Counted from the first letter of the stretch, positions 37,071 through 47,952 are shown. The stretch is DNA of 64,000 bases from Candidatus Versatilivorator sp. (GCA_965207735.1 OZ242296.1:832001-896000), one strand, 5' to 3'. Program-made: numbers and translations. The notes: generated by a model not told the origin, from the sequence alone.

Positions 37071-38485
37071 GCGGGATGAACCGTACGCCCAGCCAGTTCA
37101 AGATCGTTGCCTCGGAGAATGTGGCCGACCCGCGTCTTCGCCAAACTTTTCACTCGGCCACCCACCATGCCCTGGGGCAGCGCGCACAGTCGGTCCGACT
37201 GGTGCCGGAGTGGGAAGATCTCCGAGAACGGGCCCATCGCATCAAGGAAGAAGCCATCGAGCATCTGGACCTCTACCTGGAGCGGCTGGAAGCCAGCGTG
37301 ATCGAGCGTGGCGGCCGGGTGTTCTGGGCTCGGGACGCCAGCGAGGCCGCCGGCTACGTAGTGGATCTCTGCCGCAGGCTGGGAGCCTCCACGGTGGTGA
37401 AGTCCAAGTCCATGGCTGCCGAGGAGATCGGGCTGACGGATGCGCTGGAGGCCTCCGGGGTAGAACCCGTGGAGACCGATCTGGGCGAGTTCATTATTCA
37501 GGTAGCGGGCGAGACCCCCTCCCACATCATTGCGCCCGCCTTGCACATGACCCGACAACAGATCGGCGGCCTTTTTCAGGAAAAATTCGGAATTCCCTAC
37601 ACCGACGTCCCGGCCGAATTGTGCGCCTTTGCCAGGCAACGGCTGCGACAGGAGTTTCTCTCGGCCCGTCTGGGCATCTCCGGCGTCAATTTCGCCGCGG
37701 CCGATACGGGCACCATCGTGGTGGTGGAAAATGAGGGCAATGCCCGGCTTTGCACCAGCCTTCCCCGAGTTCACCTGGCCATCATGGGTCTGGAGAAAGT
37801 GATCCCGCGCTTTTCCGACCTGCCGCTGTTTCTGAAGCTGCTGGCCCGCAGCTCGACCGGGCAGAGGCAGACCAGCTACGTCTCCATGATCAGCGGTCCG
37901 CGCCGAGAAGGGGAATGGGACGGCCCCGAGGAATTTCATTTGATCCTTCTGGATAACGGCCGCAGCGACATCCTGGCCGATCCCCGGGTGCGCCGTTCGC
38001 TTTACTGCATACGCTGCGGCGCCTGTTTGAATACCTGCCCAATTTACCAGCGGGTTGGCGGTCATTCCTACGGCTCGGTCTACTCGGGACCCATCGGTGC
38101 CGTGCTGACGCCCTTGTTCCAGGGTTTGGAGGCGGCTCAGGATCTGCCCTACGCCTCCTCGCTTTGCGGTTCCTGCTCCAATATCTGTCCGGTCAAGATC
38201 GACCTCCATCACCAACTGCTCTGGCTGCGCGAAAAACTGGTGGCCCGAGGGTCGACGCCCTGGCGGGAACGACTGGCCATGACTCTCTACGCAGCCGGCA
38301 TGAAGGATCCGGCGCTGTATCGGATGGGTTCTGCGATTTTGCGGCTGTTGCTGAAGGTAGCAGGCAGGGGCGGCCGTTCTCTCGCCATTCCGGGATGGAG
38401 CTCTACCCGGGACTTTCCGGCTCCGGCCGAGACATCCTTCAAGCAGTGGTGGGAGGAAAATCGAAACCAGCGAGAGGAACCATGA
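37067..38485 (+). CDS. lutB: L-lactate oxidation Fe-S protein LutB/LldF
   Basis: VKSKSM..EEI, ETDLGEFI.Q, PSHI..PA.H, ENEGN, CIRCGACLN.CP, SSLCG.C...CPVKI. Confidence 0.93.
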   Translation: MSGMNRTPSQFKIVASENVADPRLRQTFHSATHHALGQRAQSVRLVPEWEDLRERAHRIKEEAIEHLDLYLERLEASVIERGGRVFWARDASEAAGYVVDLCRRLGASTVVKSKSMAAEEIGLTDALEASGVEPVETDLGEFIIQVAGETPSHIIAPALHMTRQQIGGLFQEKFGIPYTDVPAELCAFARQRLRQEFLSARLGISGVNFAAADTGTIVVVENEGNARLCTSLPRVHLAIMGLEKVIPRFSDLPLFLKLLARSSTGQRQTSYVSMISGPRREGEWDGPEEFHLILLDNGRSDILADPRVRRSLYCIRCGACLNTCPIYQRVGGHSYGSVYSGPIGAVLTPLFQGLEAAQDLPYASSLCGSCSNICPVKIDLHHQLLWLREKLVARGSTPWRERLAMTLYAAGMKDPALYRMGSAILRLLLKVAGRGGRSLAIPGWSSTRDFPAPAETSFKQWWEENRNQREEP

Positions 38486-39195
38486 ACGCTTCCCGGGATG
38501 TTGTTCTGGGCCGCATTCGCCGGGCGCTACTCCGCCCCGGCACCGGGCATGGGCGGGAGCAGAGTAGCCTGGGCAAGGTCCAATCCACCCCCGACCACGC
38601 CGGCTCCGTCCATCTCCTCGAACAGTTTCAGGAAGAATCGGCACGGGTGGGTGGAGAACCCCGACTTTGTGCGGATTTCGAGGAGGCGGTGGAAGGCATT
38701 CAGAAACTCATTGCCGCCGCCGGATACCGAAGGATCGCCCTCTCCGACCATGCAATCTGTCGCCGCCATCGGCTGGAGCTGCGGCTCGCGGAGCTGCTTC
38801 CCGAGGTGAGCCTTTGGAGCGAGGAGGGAGATGCCCAAAGCCCGGGTTCCCGCCGCTGGAATTCCGCACAACTGGCCCAAGCGGACTTGTCCATCACCGG
38901 TGCGGAATTCCTGATCGCCGAAAGCGGAACGGTGCTACTCACCAGCAGCACCTCCAGTCGTCAAATCAGCCTGCTCCCCACCGCACATCTGGTGCTGGCC
39001 ACCCCCGAGCAGATCTATCCCGACCTGGCGGCCATCTTCGAGCAGCTGGGCACCGAGCCGGCGGAGGGCCGGTTGCCGGCGGCGCTGACGATGATCACCG
39101 GCCCCAGCCGCACCGCTGATATCGAGAAGGTGTTGATCAAGGGCGCCCACGGTCCGATGAGACAACTCACCTGGATCATCGGCGGGGAGGCTTAG
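38482..39195 (+). CDS. lutC: LUD-domain lactate utilization protein LutC/LldG
   Basis: IAESGT, SLLP..H, ITGPSRTADIE..L..GAHGP; ATGA overlap with lutB. Confidence 0.9.
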   Translation: MNASRDVVLGRIRRALLRPGTGHGREQSSLGKVQSTPDHAGSVHLLEQFQEESARVGGEPRLCADFEEAVEGIQKLIAAAGYRRIALSDHAICRRHRLELRLAELLPEVSLWSEEGDAQSPGSRRWNSAQLAQADLSITGAEFLIAESGTVLLTSSTSSRQISLLPTAHLVLATPEQIYPDLAAIFEQLGTEPAEGRLPAALTMITGPSRTADIEKVLIKGAHGPMRQLTWIIGGEA

Positions 39196-39236
39196 TTCGT
39201 TTGAGTCGAAACAACGTGGACAGACGAATCAGGTAT

Positions 39237-39337
39237 GGTGAATGTTGGATTGTTGATTGTAGATTATTGATTTGAGGCAAATTGAGTTGTCCTTGCTTCC
39301 CAATCAACAATCAGAAATCAGCAATCAACAATTCATC
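39237..39337. repeat. Heptad-periodic palindrome (GATTGTT-like units / AATCAAC-like units)
   Basis: GGATTGTTGATTGTAGATTATTGATT ... AATCAACAATCAGAAATCAGCAATCAACAAT between the convergent lutC and nuoN. Confidence 0.75.
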
Positions 39338-39369
39338 GATTGTCGGTTTGAGGCATGGCCCCGCCAGAC

Positions 39370-40860
39370 TTAGAGTCCCCCGAAGAGGGTGATGGAGTTG
39401 GCTGTCCAGCGGTCGATAGGGGCCCAGAAGACAATCAGGAGGATGTTGGGAACCAGCAGCAGAATCAGCAGGGCCCGGTTCAGTGTGGAGATGCGCAGTG
39501 GCGTGGGCGGACGGTCGTCGTTCTCCAGGATCATGTGTTTCATGATCCTCATGTAATAGAAAGCCGCGACGGCGGCATTGAGAGCCCCTACGACCGCAAA
39601 CCAGTAAAGGCCTTGTTCGATGACGGCGCCGAAGATGTAGAGCTTGCCCATAAATCCGGCAAATGGAGGAATCCCGATCAGGGACAGCAGGAAGATGCTC
39701 ATGGTAATAGCCAGAAAGGGCGAGCGGCGGAACAGCCCGTTGTAGTCCTGCAGCTCGAACGTCTTCTCGCTGTTGAAAATGACCGTGACCACGAAGAAAG
39801 CGCCCAGATTCATGAACAGGTAGACAAAGAGATAGACCAGCATGGCCTTGAGGCCGCTCCCGGTCAGAAGGACCGCGCCCATCAGGATGTAGCCGGCGTG
39901 GGCGATGCTGGAATAAGCCAGCATCCGCTTCAGGTTGTTCTGGGTGAGGGCGGCGATATTTCCCAGCGTCATGGTCAGCACCGACACCACGATAAGCACC
40001 ACCGGCCAGTCCACGCCGTTGATGGATCCCCACTCTCCCCCAGCCGGTTGACTCAACCCACTCAGGAAGAAACGCACCAGAATGGCAAAACCCGCGGCCT
40101 TGGGCGCAACCGAGAGAAAGGCCGTGACTGGCGTGGGAGCTCCGGTATAAACGTCCGGACACCAGAAATGGAAGGGTACCGCGGCCGTCTTGAATCCAAA
40201 ACCGGCCGTGGTCAACACCACCACCAGCACCAGGGTCACCTGGTTGAACCCGACCACTTCCTGTGCCAGCAAGGCATCCCGGATCGCGAAGAGATCGAGG
40301 CTCCCGGTCATGCCGTACAGCAGGGAGAATCCATACAGCATGGCCCCGGTCGAGACCGCCCCGAAAAGGATGTACTTCATGGAGGCTTCGTTGGAAAGGC
40401 GATCGCTACGCAGGTAGCCGACCATGATATAGGAGGTCAGAGACACCAGCTCCAGCGACAGGTAGAGCATGGCCAGGTGGGCCGAGTTGGCCATCAGCAA
40501 CATTCCCAGCGTGACGGCCAGCAGCAGGGCATGGAATTCCCCTCGGTGAACGGAAGCCAGCTCTTCGGAGTGCAGCGAACCCAGCATCACCAGGATCCCT
40601 GCCACCAGCAGGAACACCTTGAAGTAGAGGGCAAAATTGTCCAGAGCCAGCATCCCTTCGAAGAGAGTCATGGCCGAGCCATGATCGGTCAGAAGGGTGT
40701 AATAGAGCGCCAGCAGGAGCGCCACCAAGGTCAGCAGAGGGTTGACACGGTTCCGCAGCCCCTTGAGGGTAATGTCGGAAATCACCACCAGCAGGATTCC
40801 ACCCAGCAGGATCAGTTCCGGGTAGAAGAAGGTCAGGCTGTCCAGGTTGCCCAGGTTCAT
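39370..40860 (-). CDS. nuoN: NADH-quinone oxidoreductase subunit N
   Basis: LEL.SL.SY, EA..KY, FK..AVPFHFW.PDVY.GAPTP, KRMLAYSSIAH, GIPP.AGF.GK. Start placed at ATG 40860. Confidence 0.95.
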   Translation of the reverse strand: MNLGNLDSLTFFYPELILLGGILLVVISDITLKGLRNRVNPLLTLVALLLALYYTLLTDHGSAMTLFEGMLALDNFALYFKVFLLVAGILVMLGSLHSEELASVHRGEFHALLLAVTLGMLLMANSAHLAMLYLSLELVSLTSYIMVGYLRSDRLSNEASMKYILFGAVSTGAMLYGFSLLYGMTGSLDLFAIRDALLAQEVVGFNQVTLVLVVVLTTAGFGFKTAAVPFHFWCPDVYTGAPTPVTAFLSVAPKAAGFAILVRFFLSGLSQPAGGEWGSINGVDWPVVLIVVSVLTMTLGNIAALTQNNLKRMLAYSSIAHAGYILMGAVLLTGSGLKAMLVYLFVYLFMNLGAFFVVTVIFNSEKTFELQDYNGLFRRSPFLAITMSIFLLSLIGIPPFAGFMGKLYIFGAVIEQGLYWFAVVGALNAAVAAFYYMRIMKHMILENDDRPPTPLRISTLNRALLILLLVPNILLIVFWAPIDRWTANSITLFGGL

Positions 40861-40955
40861 CGAGGATCCAACCTCTCCATTTCCTCCCACTTGGGGAATG
40901 CTGCGCTCAGGACGTTCATCCCGCCGCTCGGCGGGAAGGCGCGCGTCCGCTCCGT

Positions 40956-41261
40956 CTATCTCTTGAGGACGTCGGCCCGGTCCAGATTCACCGTGTTCAG
41001 AACCCGGTAGAGGGTCAGCACGATAGCCAGCGCCACGGCAACCTCAGCCGCTGCCACCACGATGACGAAAATGGCAAACATCTGCCCGTCGATTCCGGAA
41101 GAGCTGTAGCGGGAGAAGGCCACCAGGTTCAGGTTGGCCGAGTTCAGTATCAACTCCACGCCCATCAGCACGTTGACGGCATTGCGCCGAGTCAACACAC
41201 CGAACACGCCCAAGGAGAACAAGGCCGCGCTAATCAACAGGAAATACTTGAGTTCGATCAA
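40956..41261 (-). CDS. nuoK: NADH-quinone oxidoreductase subunit K
   Basis: RRN....LM.VELILN, GQ.F..F...VAAAE.AV.LAI. Confidence 0.95.
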   Translation of the reverse strand: MIELKYFLLISAALFSLGVFGVLTRRNAVNVLMGVELILNSANLNLVAFSRYSSSGIDGQMFAIFVIVVAAAEVAVALAIVLTLYRVLNTVNLDRADVLKR

Positions 41262-41758
41262 ACGTCCGTCCTCCTTCTCACCAGCATGGCGGCTCCGATC
41301 AACGCGACCAGAAGGAGTACCGATGCAATCTCAAAGGGAAGAAGATAGCTGCTCAGGAAGGCCTCCCCGATCTGTTGGGTGGTGGGCTCCAGTTCCCTGT
41401 CGCCAACCAGCTTCCATTTGGTCTTGAACGCAGCCAGGCTGATCGAAACGAAAACGGCCGCGGCAATCAAGGTGCCGGCAATCGGCTGAAATCTTTCGGT
41501 AGTCAGATTCAGATTGTAGAGTCGGTGGGTAAGCATCACGCCAAACAGCAACAGGACCAGGATGCCTCCCACATAGATGAGCACCTGGGCGCCCGCCAGA
41601 AAGTCGGCTCCCAAAAAGACATAGAGGACGGCAACCCCGAAAAAGGTAAAGAGCAGCGAAAAAACCGAGTAGATCAAACTCCGGGAAACCACCACCACCA
41701 CGGCCGACCCGACCGTGACGACGGCAGTCAAAATGAAGACGATGTCTGTAACGCTCAT
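41258..41758 (-). CDS. nuoJ: NADH-quinone oxidoreductase subunit J
   Basis: A.F...QVLIYVGGI.VL.LF..ML, Y.LPFE..SVLLL.A.IGA. Confidence 0.95.
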   Translation of the reverse strand: MSVTDIVFILTAVVTVGSAVVVVVSRSLIYSVFSLLFTFFGVAVLYVFLGADFLAGAQVLIYVGGILVLLLFGVMLTHRLYNLNLTTERFQPIAGTLIAAAVFVSISLAAFKTKWKLVGDRELEPTTQQIGEAFLSSYLLPFEIASVLLLVALIGAAMLVRRRTDV

Positions 41759-41768
41759 AGGTGCACCC

Positions 41769-42263
41769 TCACCTGGCAGCCGCGGGCCGCGGGGTCGGAG
41801 CCGGCTTGGGAGGAGCCTGCGGTTCCTCCTTGGCAAACCGGTAGAGAAAATCCTGCTTGGACTGCACCGCAAACTCGTACTCGGGAGTCATGACCAGGCA
41901 ATGGGTCGGACAGGGATAGGTGCAGAGGTTGCAGTAGCAGCAGAGGGACATGTCGATATCGAACTGGGTGACCCGAAGCTTGATGGGGGTCCCGTCGGCA
42001 GCAAAGAGGGGGGGCTCCTCCTTGGCCCGCTTCTCGGTGGTCATGTAGATGCAGTCCACCGGGCAGGCGCGGACACACTGGCCGCAGCCGATGCAGTCTT
42101 CGATCTTGTTGAACAGACGCATGCGGGAGCGCTCCGGAAGCTCCCACTTCACGCTGGGGTACTGCAGCGTGCAAGAACGGGTGAAGAGGTGATTCCCCGT
42201 AATCTTCATTCCCTGCAACACCGTCCAGATGGATTGGAAAATATCCTTAAAATATCGTTTCAT
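41769..42263 (-). CDS. nuoI: NADH-quinone oxidoreductase subunit I (2x 4Fe-4S)
   Basis: T.QYP, CIGCGQC.RACP, CCYCNLC..PCP. Confidence 0.92.
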   Translation of the reverse strand: MKRYFKDIFQSIWTVLQGMKITGNHLFTRSCTLQYPSVKWELPERSRMRLFNKIEDCIGCGQCVRACPVDCIYMTTEKRAKEEPPLFAADGTPIKLRVTQFDIDMSLCCYCNLCTYPCPTHCLVMTPEYEFAVQSKQDFLYRFAKEEPQAPPKPAPTPRPAAAR

Positions 42264-42282
42264 GGCTGTCCCTTCACTACCG

Positions 42283-43329
42283 TCAGGGGGTTCCCTCCTG
42301 AATAAGCGCCAGCGTCCCCGCTGCCAACACCAGCACAAAGGCTATGGGCAGCAAAACCTTCCAACTGACGTGCATGAGCTGATCGACCCTCAAACGGGGC
42401 AAGGTCCAGCGCAGCCACATCTGAACGAAGACCAGAGCCATTGCCTTGAGGATGAACCAGACCGGCCCCGGTAGAAAACCGGGCCCATGCCATCCCCCCA
42501 GGAAGAGGGTGACTGCCAGCGCGCTCACCAGGAACATGTTGGCATACTCCGCCAGGAAGAAGAACGCGAAGCGCATGCCGCTGTATTCGGTGTGGTAGCC
42601 GGCCACCAGCTCCGATTCGGCCTCCGGAATATCGAAGGGCGTCCGGTTCACCTCGGCCAGGGTGCCCAGATAGACTACCCAAAATGCCAGGAAGGTGACG
42701 GGTTGGAAGATGAACCAGTCGAATACACTTCCCGATTGAGCCTTCACGATCTCCTGCATGCTGAGGCTGCCCACCGGAATCACCACCGTCAGAATGGCCA
42801 GAACGGTGGGAATCTCGTAGCTGACGATCTGGGCGGCCGCCCGCATCCCCCCGAAGAGGGCGTACTTGTTGTTGGAGGCCCAACCCGCCATGATGATGCC
42901 CACCACCCCCAACGAGGAAATGGCCGCGATATACAGCACTCCGATATTGAGGTCGCTGACGATGAAGCTCTCGCCGAAGGGCAGCACCACAAAGGCCGCG
43001 AAGCCGCCGGTAAAAACCACCAGGGGGGCCAGCTTGAACAGCAGGCGGTCGGCCTGGGCCGGAATGATGTCCTCCTTCAGGAGCAGCTTGACCCCGTCGG
43101 CGATGGTCTGGGCCCATCCGTGCCACCCACCCACCCGCATCGGTCCCAACCGGTCCTGCATGTGGGCCGAAACCTTGCGCTCCGCCCAAATGGCTATCAG
43201 GGGGATAAGGGAGACCAACCCCAGGCACAGCAGGCAGGCCAGCAGCATGGGGAGGAAGATCTGCAGGATCTCGGGCAATTGGTCATACCCGCCCACTTGC
43301 CGAGTCAGTACCTCTCTCAGGTATTCCAT
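42283..43329 (-). CDS. nuoH: NADH-quinone oxidoreductase subunit H
   Basis: [48 protein letters not shown]. Confidence 0.97.
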   Translation of the reverse strand: MEYLREVLTRQVGGYDQLPEILQIFLPMLLACLLCLGLVSLIPLIAIWAERKVSAHMQDRLGPMRVGGWHGWAQTIADGVKLLLKEDIIPAQADRLLFKLAPLVVFTGGFAAFVVLPFGESFIVSDLNIGVLYIAAISSLGVVGIIMAGWASNNKYALFGGMRAAAQIVSYEIPTVLAILTVVIPVGSLSMQEIVKAQSGSVFDWFIFQPVTFLAFWVVYLGTLAEVNRTPFDIPEAESELVAGYHTEYSGMRFAFFFLAEYANMFLVSALAVTLFLGGWHGPGFLPGPVWFILKAMALVFVQMWLRWTLPRLRVDQLMHVSWKVLLPIAFVLVLAAGTLALIQEGTP

Positions 43330-43395
43330 GGGTACTTTCCGGAACTTCCGTTTCGGTATGAAACCATCCGTCTGTCCCCGGCATCGCCAAAAAGG

Positions 43396-44520
43396 CTAAC
43401 GGTCGATTTCACCCATCACGATATCGATGCTCCCGATAATGGCGATGATATCCGCCACCATTCCACCCCTGGCGATGGCGGGCAGCAGGCTCAACACCGT
43501 AAAGCAGGGGGACTTGACCTTGACCCGGAAGGGGATGAGTCCTCCTTGGCTGACGACGTAGTAACCCAGCTCGCCTCGAGGCGTTTCGGTGCGGTCGTAG
43601 ACCTCGTTCTTGGCCGGCCGCACCCGCCGGGGAATATGCTCCTGCACGTCCCCTTCGGGCAGCCGTTCCAGCGCCTGGCGGATCAGCCCCAGGCTCTGTT
43701 CCATTTCCCTGACCCGCACGTAGTAACGGTCCCAGCAGGAACCGAGGGGACCGTACTCACCCAGGCCCACCGGGACCTCGAAATCGTAGGTGTCGTAGCC
43801 GCAGTAGGGCTCTTCCCTGCGCAGGTCCCAGGCGATACCGGAGCCGCGCAGGTTGGGCCCGGTCACGTTGTGCGACAGGGCCTGCTCCTCGCTGATGATC
43901 CCTACGTTGGCCGTGCGTTCCAGGAAGATCTTGTTGTAGCTGAGCAACTTGTCCAACTCGGCGATGACGGGCTCGAACTGTCCCAGAAACTCGCGAGTCT
44001 TGGCCTCAAAGCCGTCGGGAATGTCGTGGGAAACCCCACCGACCCAGTTGTAGTTGTACAGGAGCCGGGCGCCGCACAGCCACTCGAACAGGTCCAGAAT
44101 TTTTTCCCGCTCCCGGAAGCAATGCAGGAAGGGAGTGAAGGACCCGATATCCATGGCGTAGGTGCCGACCGAAAGCAGATGGCTGGCAATGCGGTTCAGC
44201 TCGGCCATCAGCACCCGCAGGGTCTTCACTCGTTCATTGACCTCCAGGTCCATCAACTTTTCAACAGCCAGCGCATAGCCCAGGCTGTTGTTCATGGAGG
44301 CAATATAGTCCATTCGGTCGCAAAAGGGGATGACGCCGGGGTAGTCCACCTTTTCGGCGTGCTTTTCGAAGCAGCGGTGCAGATAGCCGATGTGGGGAAT
44401 GACGTTTCTGACGATTTCGCCGTCGGTTTCCAGCTCCAGACGCAATACTCCATGCGTGCTGGGATGCTGCGGCCCCATGTTCAGGACCATTTCCTCACCG
44501 GCGTAGGCTTCGACTTGCAT
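43396..44520 (-). CDS. nuoD: NADH-quinone oxidoreductase subunit D
   Basis: NMGPQHPSTHGVLR, GYLHR..EK, DR.DY, E.PRGE, D.V.GEIDR. Confidence 0.97.
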   Translation of the reverse strand: MQVEAYAGEEMVLNMGPQHPSTHGVLRLELETDGEIVRNVIPHIGYLHRCFEKHAEKVDYPGVIPFCDRMDYIASMNNSLGYALAVEKLMDLEVNERVKTLRVLMAELNRIASHLLSVGTYAMDIGSFTPFLHCFREREKILDLFEWLCGARLLYNYNWVGGVSHDIPDGFEAKTREFLGQFEPVIAELDKLLSYNKIFLERTANVGIISEEQALSHNVTGPNLRGSGIAWDLRREEPYCGYDTYDFEVPVGLGEYGPLGSCWDRYYVRVREMEQSLGLIRQALERLPEGDVQEHIPRRVRPAKNEVYDRTETPRGELGYYVVSQGGLIPFRVKVKSPCFTVLSLLPAIARGGMVADIIAIIGSIDIVMGEIDR

Positions 44521-44568
44521 GCGGGTTACTCTCGGGACTGAGTCCCCTGGCAGATTGGGTGGGTCCCG

Positions 44569-45129
44569 TCAACCGGCACTGAAGGGATCGGTTCCCAAAT
44601 CTTCTCCCTCCTGGGCACGTTCGGCGAACTGCTTGGCCGCCGCGGCCGGCATGCCGCGGTAGCTCTCCGGCTGCACATAGTCCTTCCTCAGCGGGTAGTC
44701 CACCCAGTCATCGGGACAGAGGATCCGGCGCAGGTCGCTGTGGCCGTCGAAGTGGATGCCATACATGTCGTAGGCCTCCCTTTCGTGCCAATTGGCGACA
44801 GCCCAGACGCCTTCGACCGTTGGCAGGGCGGGATCTTCCCGAGGCAGTTCCACCTTGAGCACGATCTTGTGGCGAAGGCGCATGGAGAACAGGTGATAGA
44901 CAACTTCCAGACGCTCCGGCTCCGTCTTGGCACCCTTGTAGTCCACACCGCTTAGACACATCAGGGAATCGAAGGCCAGGCCCGGATCGTTCTTGAGAAA
45001 GGCGCAGATCTCCGCCACAGCCCCCGGAGCCACCACCGCGAAGGGCTGCATGCATTCCTGGCTGGACTTGATGATTTTGTCCGCGAATTGTTCCTGGAGG
45101 GTCTGGAGGATCTCCGAGGCCTGTTTCAT
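44569..45129 (-). CDS. nuoC: NADH-quinone oxidoreductase subunit C
   Basis: VYHL.S, ANW.ERE.YDM.GI.F.GH.DLRRIL, PLRKD; ATGA overlap with nuoB. Confidence 0.95.
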   Translation of the reverse strand: MKQASEILQTLQEQFADKIIKSSQECMQPFAVVAPGAVAEICAFLKNDPGLAFDSLMCLSGVDYKGAKTEPERLEVVYHLFSMRLRHKIVLKVELPREDPALPTVEGVWAVANWHEREAYDMYGIHFDGHSDLRRILCPDDWVDYPLRKDYVQPESYRGMPAAAAKQFAERAQEGEDLGTDPFSAG

Positions 45130-45644
45130 CCGAGTAGGCGGGCCCTTTCTTGAGCGGTCCCTTCCTTGCGAAGTACACGCTGTCGCATGATCTTTTCCTG
45201 AAGCTTCATGATGCCGAACAGAAGGGCTTCCGGGCGCGGGGGACAACCGGGAACGTAGACGTCTACCGGTATCACATGGTCAACGCCATTGAGCACGTGG
45301 TACCCATGCTGCCAGTAAGGCCCCCCGTTGTTGGCGCAACTGCCCATGGAGACCACGTACTTGGGTTCCGGCATCTGCTCGTAAAGCCGCTTCACACGGG
45401 TCGCCATCTTCAAGGTGACCGTTCCCGCCACGATCATCACATCCGACTGGCGGGGCGTGGCCCGCGGTATCATTCCAAAGCGGTCCCAGTCATAGCGCGA
45501 AGCCCCGGTCGCCATCATCTCGATGGCGCAGCAAGCCAGACCGAAGGTCATGGGCCAGAGGGACGAGGCCCGCCCCCAATTCAGCAGGGTGTCCACGGTC
45601 GTAAAGACCAGGTTGTCACCGAACTTGTTTTCCAGAACTCCCAT
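45126..45644 (-). CDS. nuoB: NADH-quinone oxidoreductase subunit B
   Basis: [33 protein letters not shown]. Confidence 0.97.
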   Translation of the reverse strand: MGVLENKFGDNLVFTTVDTLLNWGRASSLWPMTFGLACCAIEMMATGASRYDWDRFGMIPRATPRQSDVMIVAGTVTLKMATRVKRLYEQMPEPKYVVSMGSCANNGGPYWQHGYHVLNGVDHVIPVDVYVPGCPPRPEALLFGIMKLQEKIMRQRVLRKEGTAQERARLLG

Positions 45645-45656
45645 GGCTCCTTCCCG

Positions 45657-46034
45657 TCATTGGTGCCGTTCCTCGGGCCGCACCCACTGCAGATCCCCCT
45701 TGGCCCAAACGTAAGCCAGTCCGACCACCAGTATGGCGATAAAAATCAGTCCTTCGATGAAGGCGATCCACCCCAGATCCTTGAATACGACCGCCCAGGG
45801 CAGCAAAAAGGCCACCTCCACGTCGAAGATGATGAAAATCAAGGCGAAGACATAGAAACGAATGTTGAATTTGATCCAGGGGCTACCGACCGGGTTCTCC
45901 CCACACTCGTAAGGAATCAGCTTTTCCTCGCTGTACTTGGAGGGACGAATCAAGCTGGAGATAAGCAGATTGACAAAGATAAACAGCGCGCCGACGCCCA
46001 GAAAAACCAGCACATTGGCAAATTGAAGCGTCAT
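45657..46034 (-). CDS. nuoA: NADH-quinone oxidoreductase subunit A
   Basis: K..PYECG..P, FY..AL.F.IFDVE..FL.PWA, Y.W.KG.L.W. Confidence 0.96.
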   Translation of the reverse strand: MTLQFANVLVFLGVGALFIFVNLLISSLIRPSKYSEEKLIPYECGENPVGSPWIKFNIRFYVFALIFIIFDVEVAFLLPWAVVFKDLGWIAFIEGLIFIAILVVGLAYVWAKGDLQWVRPEERHQ

Positions 46035-46214
46035 CGGCGACAGTAACCGTCCCTGAAGCGAGGGTCTCCTTGCCGAGGGAATTGGGAAGGATAAAGTTTC
46101 GAAAGCGACACCGGCCTGGAACCGGAAAGCGCTGAGCGCGGCCATCACCGCAAGCCACGTGGCCCAAGGGAGAACCCAACCTGCCCGGCTCACCCTCGCC
46201 CAGATTACGGCGGG

Positions 46215-46243
46215 ATGGTAGCATATCCCCGGTCGATTGCCAA
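46215..46243 (-). promoter_or_regulatory. Putative sigma70 promoter for the nuoA operon
   Basis: TTGGCA-N17-TACCAT with a TG extended -10. Confidence 0.35.
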
Positions 46244-46386
46244 AAAGATATTGCCGGGAGCGCAAGGGGCAGTAGCGGTCGGTAGAAAGCGGGCTTCCAG
46301 TCGGTCTGGGAGTGGCCGTAACCGGCTGTTTTTAAAAGGTTGCCCTCACCGTAGTGAAAGATTAGAATTCGATAAGGGTGTAACCA

Positions 46387-47952
46387 ATGATTGTATCCGC
46401 GGAAAGGATAATGAGCGCCATGAGGAGGCGAAGACTTCTTTTCTTCTCGATGATTCTGGGGACGCTGATCCTCGGGGTGGCCATCGGCACCATGATCGAC
46501 CATACGGTGAGCGCCGCCAGGTCGGCAGGCTCCACCCCCGCCCCCATCAGCGTGCCCTCCCCCACCAAGCTGTCATCGCACTTTTCAACCGTGGCTCAAA
46601 AGGTCGAGAAGGCCGTAGTCAATATCAGCACCGAAACGATTGTCCGGCGGCAGGATCCATCCCGCCGCCAATTCCGCAACGACCCCTTCCAGGATTTCTT
46701 CGAACGCTTCTTCGGTCCGGAAATGCCCCGCCGAAGGCGCAGATCCCAGTCGCTGGGATCCGGCTTCGTGGTGGATGCCAAGGGTTACATTCTGACCAAC
46801 GCCCACGTGGTTGAAAATGCAGACACCATTACGGTCAAGCTGTATTCGGGTGACGAGTACGAGGCCACGGTGGTGGGCGAGGATGCCAGAACCGATCTGG
46901 CCGTGATCCGGGTCGAAGCCGAAGAGGAGCTCACCGCGGCCAAGTTTGGAGACTCGGACGGAATGCGTCAAGGGGACTGGGTGCTGGCAGTGGGCAGCCC
47001 TTTCGGTCTGGAGCAGACGGTGACCGCCGGAATCATCAGCGCCACCGGGCGCAAGAACATGGGCGATGCCACCCCCTGGCAACACTTCTTGCAGACCGAT
47101 GCGGCCATCAACCAGGGCAACAGCGGAGGCCCCCTTGTCAACATGGCCGGGGAGGTGATCGGCGTCAATACCGCCATCCTGACCCAACCCCCTACCTTTG
47201 GACGGATCGCGGGAAACATCGGTATCGGATTCGCGCTTCCCTCCAACTTGGCCACCAACGTCTACAACCAGCTTATAGAACATGGCAAGGTAAGGCGCGG
47301 AGCCATTGGTATTCGGATGCAAGGAGATGCCACTCCTCAAACACTCAAGGCATTGGGAGCAGCCGACGGCAAGGGAGTGATCGTCGAGAAACCCGACCCG
47401 GCCGACGGACCGGCCGCCAAGGCCGGTCTCCAGCAGGGGGATGTGATTGTGGAGGTGGATGGGAACAAGATCGATGACACCTACGATATGCATCGCGTCC
47501 TCTCCACCGTGCGTCCCGGCGCCAGGATCACCATCAAATACATTCGGGACGGCAAGCTCAAGACCACCCAACTGAAAGCCATGGATCGAGAGGATCTTCC
47601 GTCCGTGGCCCAAAGAGACAGTCCGGAAGAGCAGGGTTCTTCCAAATCCGTTCGCCTGGGCATCAGAGCCGAGAACCTTACTCCCAGACTGGCCAAGCAG
47701 TTCAATTTGTCGGAAGAGGAAGGCGGTGTCTACGTCGTGAGCGTCGAGCCTGAGAGCATCGCCGACGAAGCCCGGATCAGGCCTCACGACCTGATCATTG
47801 AGATCAACAAGAAGCCGATCCGTACCATCGCTGACTTGACGGACCTCACCTCCGAACTGAAGTCCGGTATGGACCTTTTGTTCCTGGTCAAGCGCTGGGA
47901 CCGCGGAGCGGGAGAGGTCCTTGCCCTCTACCTGGCGGCGACCGTTCCCTAG
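46387..47952 (+). CDS. htrA: HtrA/DegP (Do) serine protease with two PDZ domains
   Basis: TNAHVV, DLAVI, QTDAAIN.GNSGGPL triad; N-terminal TM; two PDZ-like repeats. Confidence 0.93.
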   Translation: MIVSAERIMSAMRRRRLLFFSMILGTLILGVAIGTMIDHTVSAARSAGSTPAPISVPSPTKLSSHFSTVAQKVEKAVVNISTETIVRRQDPSRRQFRNDPFQDFFERFFGPEMPRRRRRSQSLGSGFVVDAKGYILTNAHVVENADTITVKLYSGDEYEATVVGEDARTDLAVIRVEAEEELTAAKFGDSDGMRQGDWVLAVGSPFGLEQTVTAGIISATGRKNMGDATPWQHFLQTDAAINQGNSGGPLVNMAGEVIGVNTAILTQPPTFGRIAGNIGIGFALPSNLATNVYNQLIEHGKVRRGAIGIRMQGDATPQTLKALGAADGKGVIVEKPDPADGPAAKAGLQQGDVIVEVDGNKIDDTYDMHRVLSTVRPGARITIKYIRDGKLKTTQLKAMDREDLPSVAQRDSPEEQGSSKSVRLGIRAENLTPRLAKQFNLSEEEGGVYVVSVEPESIADEARIRPHDLIIEINKKPIRTIADLTDLTSELKSGMDLLFLVKRWDRGAGEVLALYLAATVP

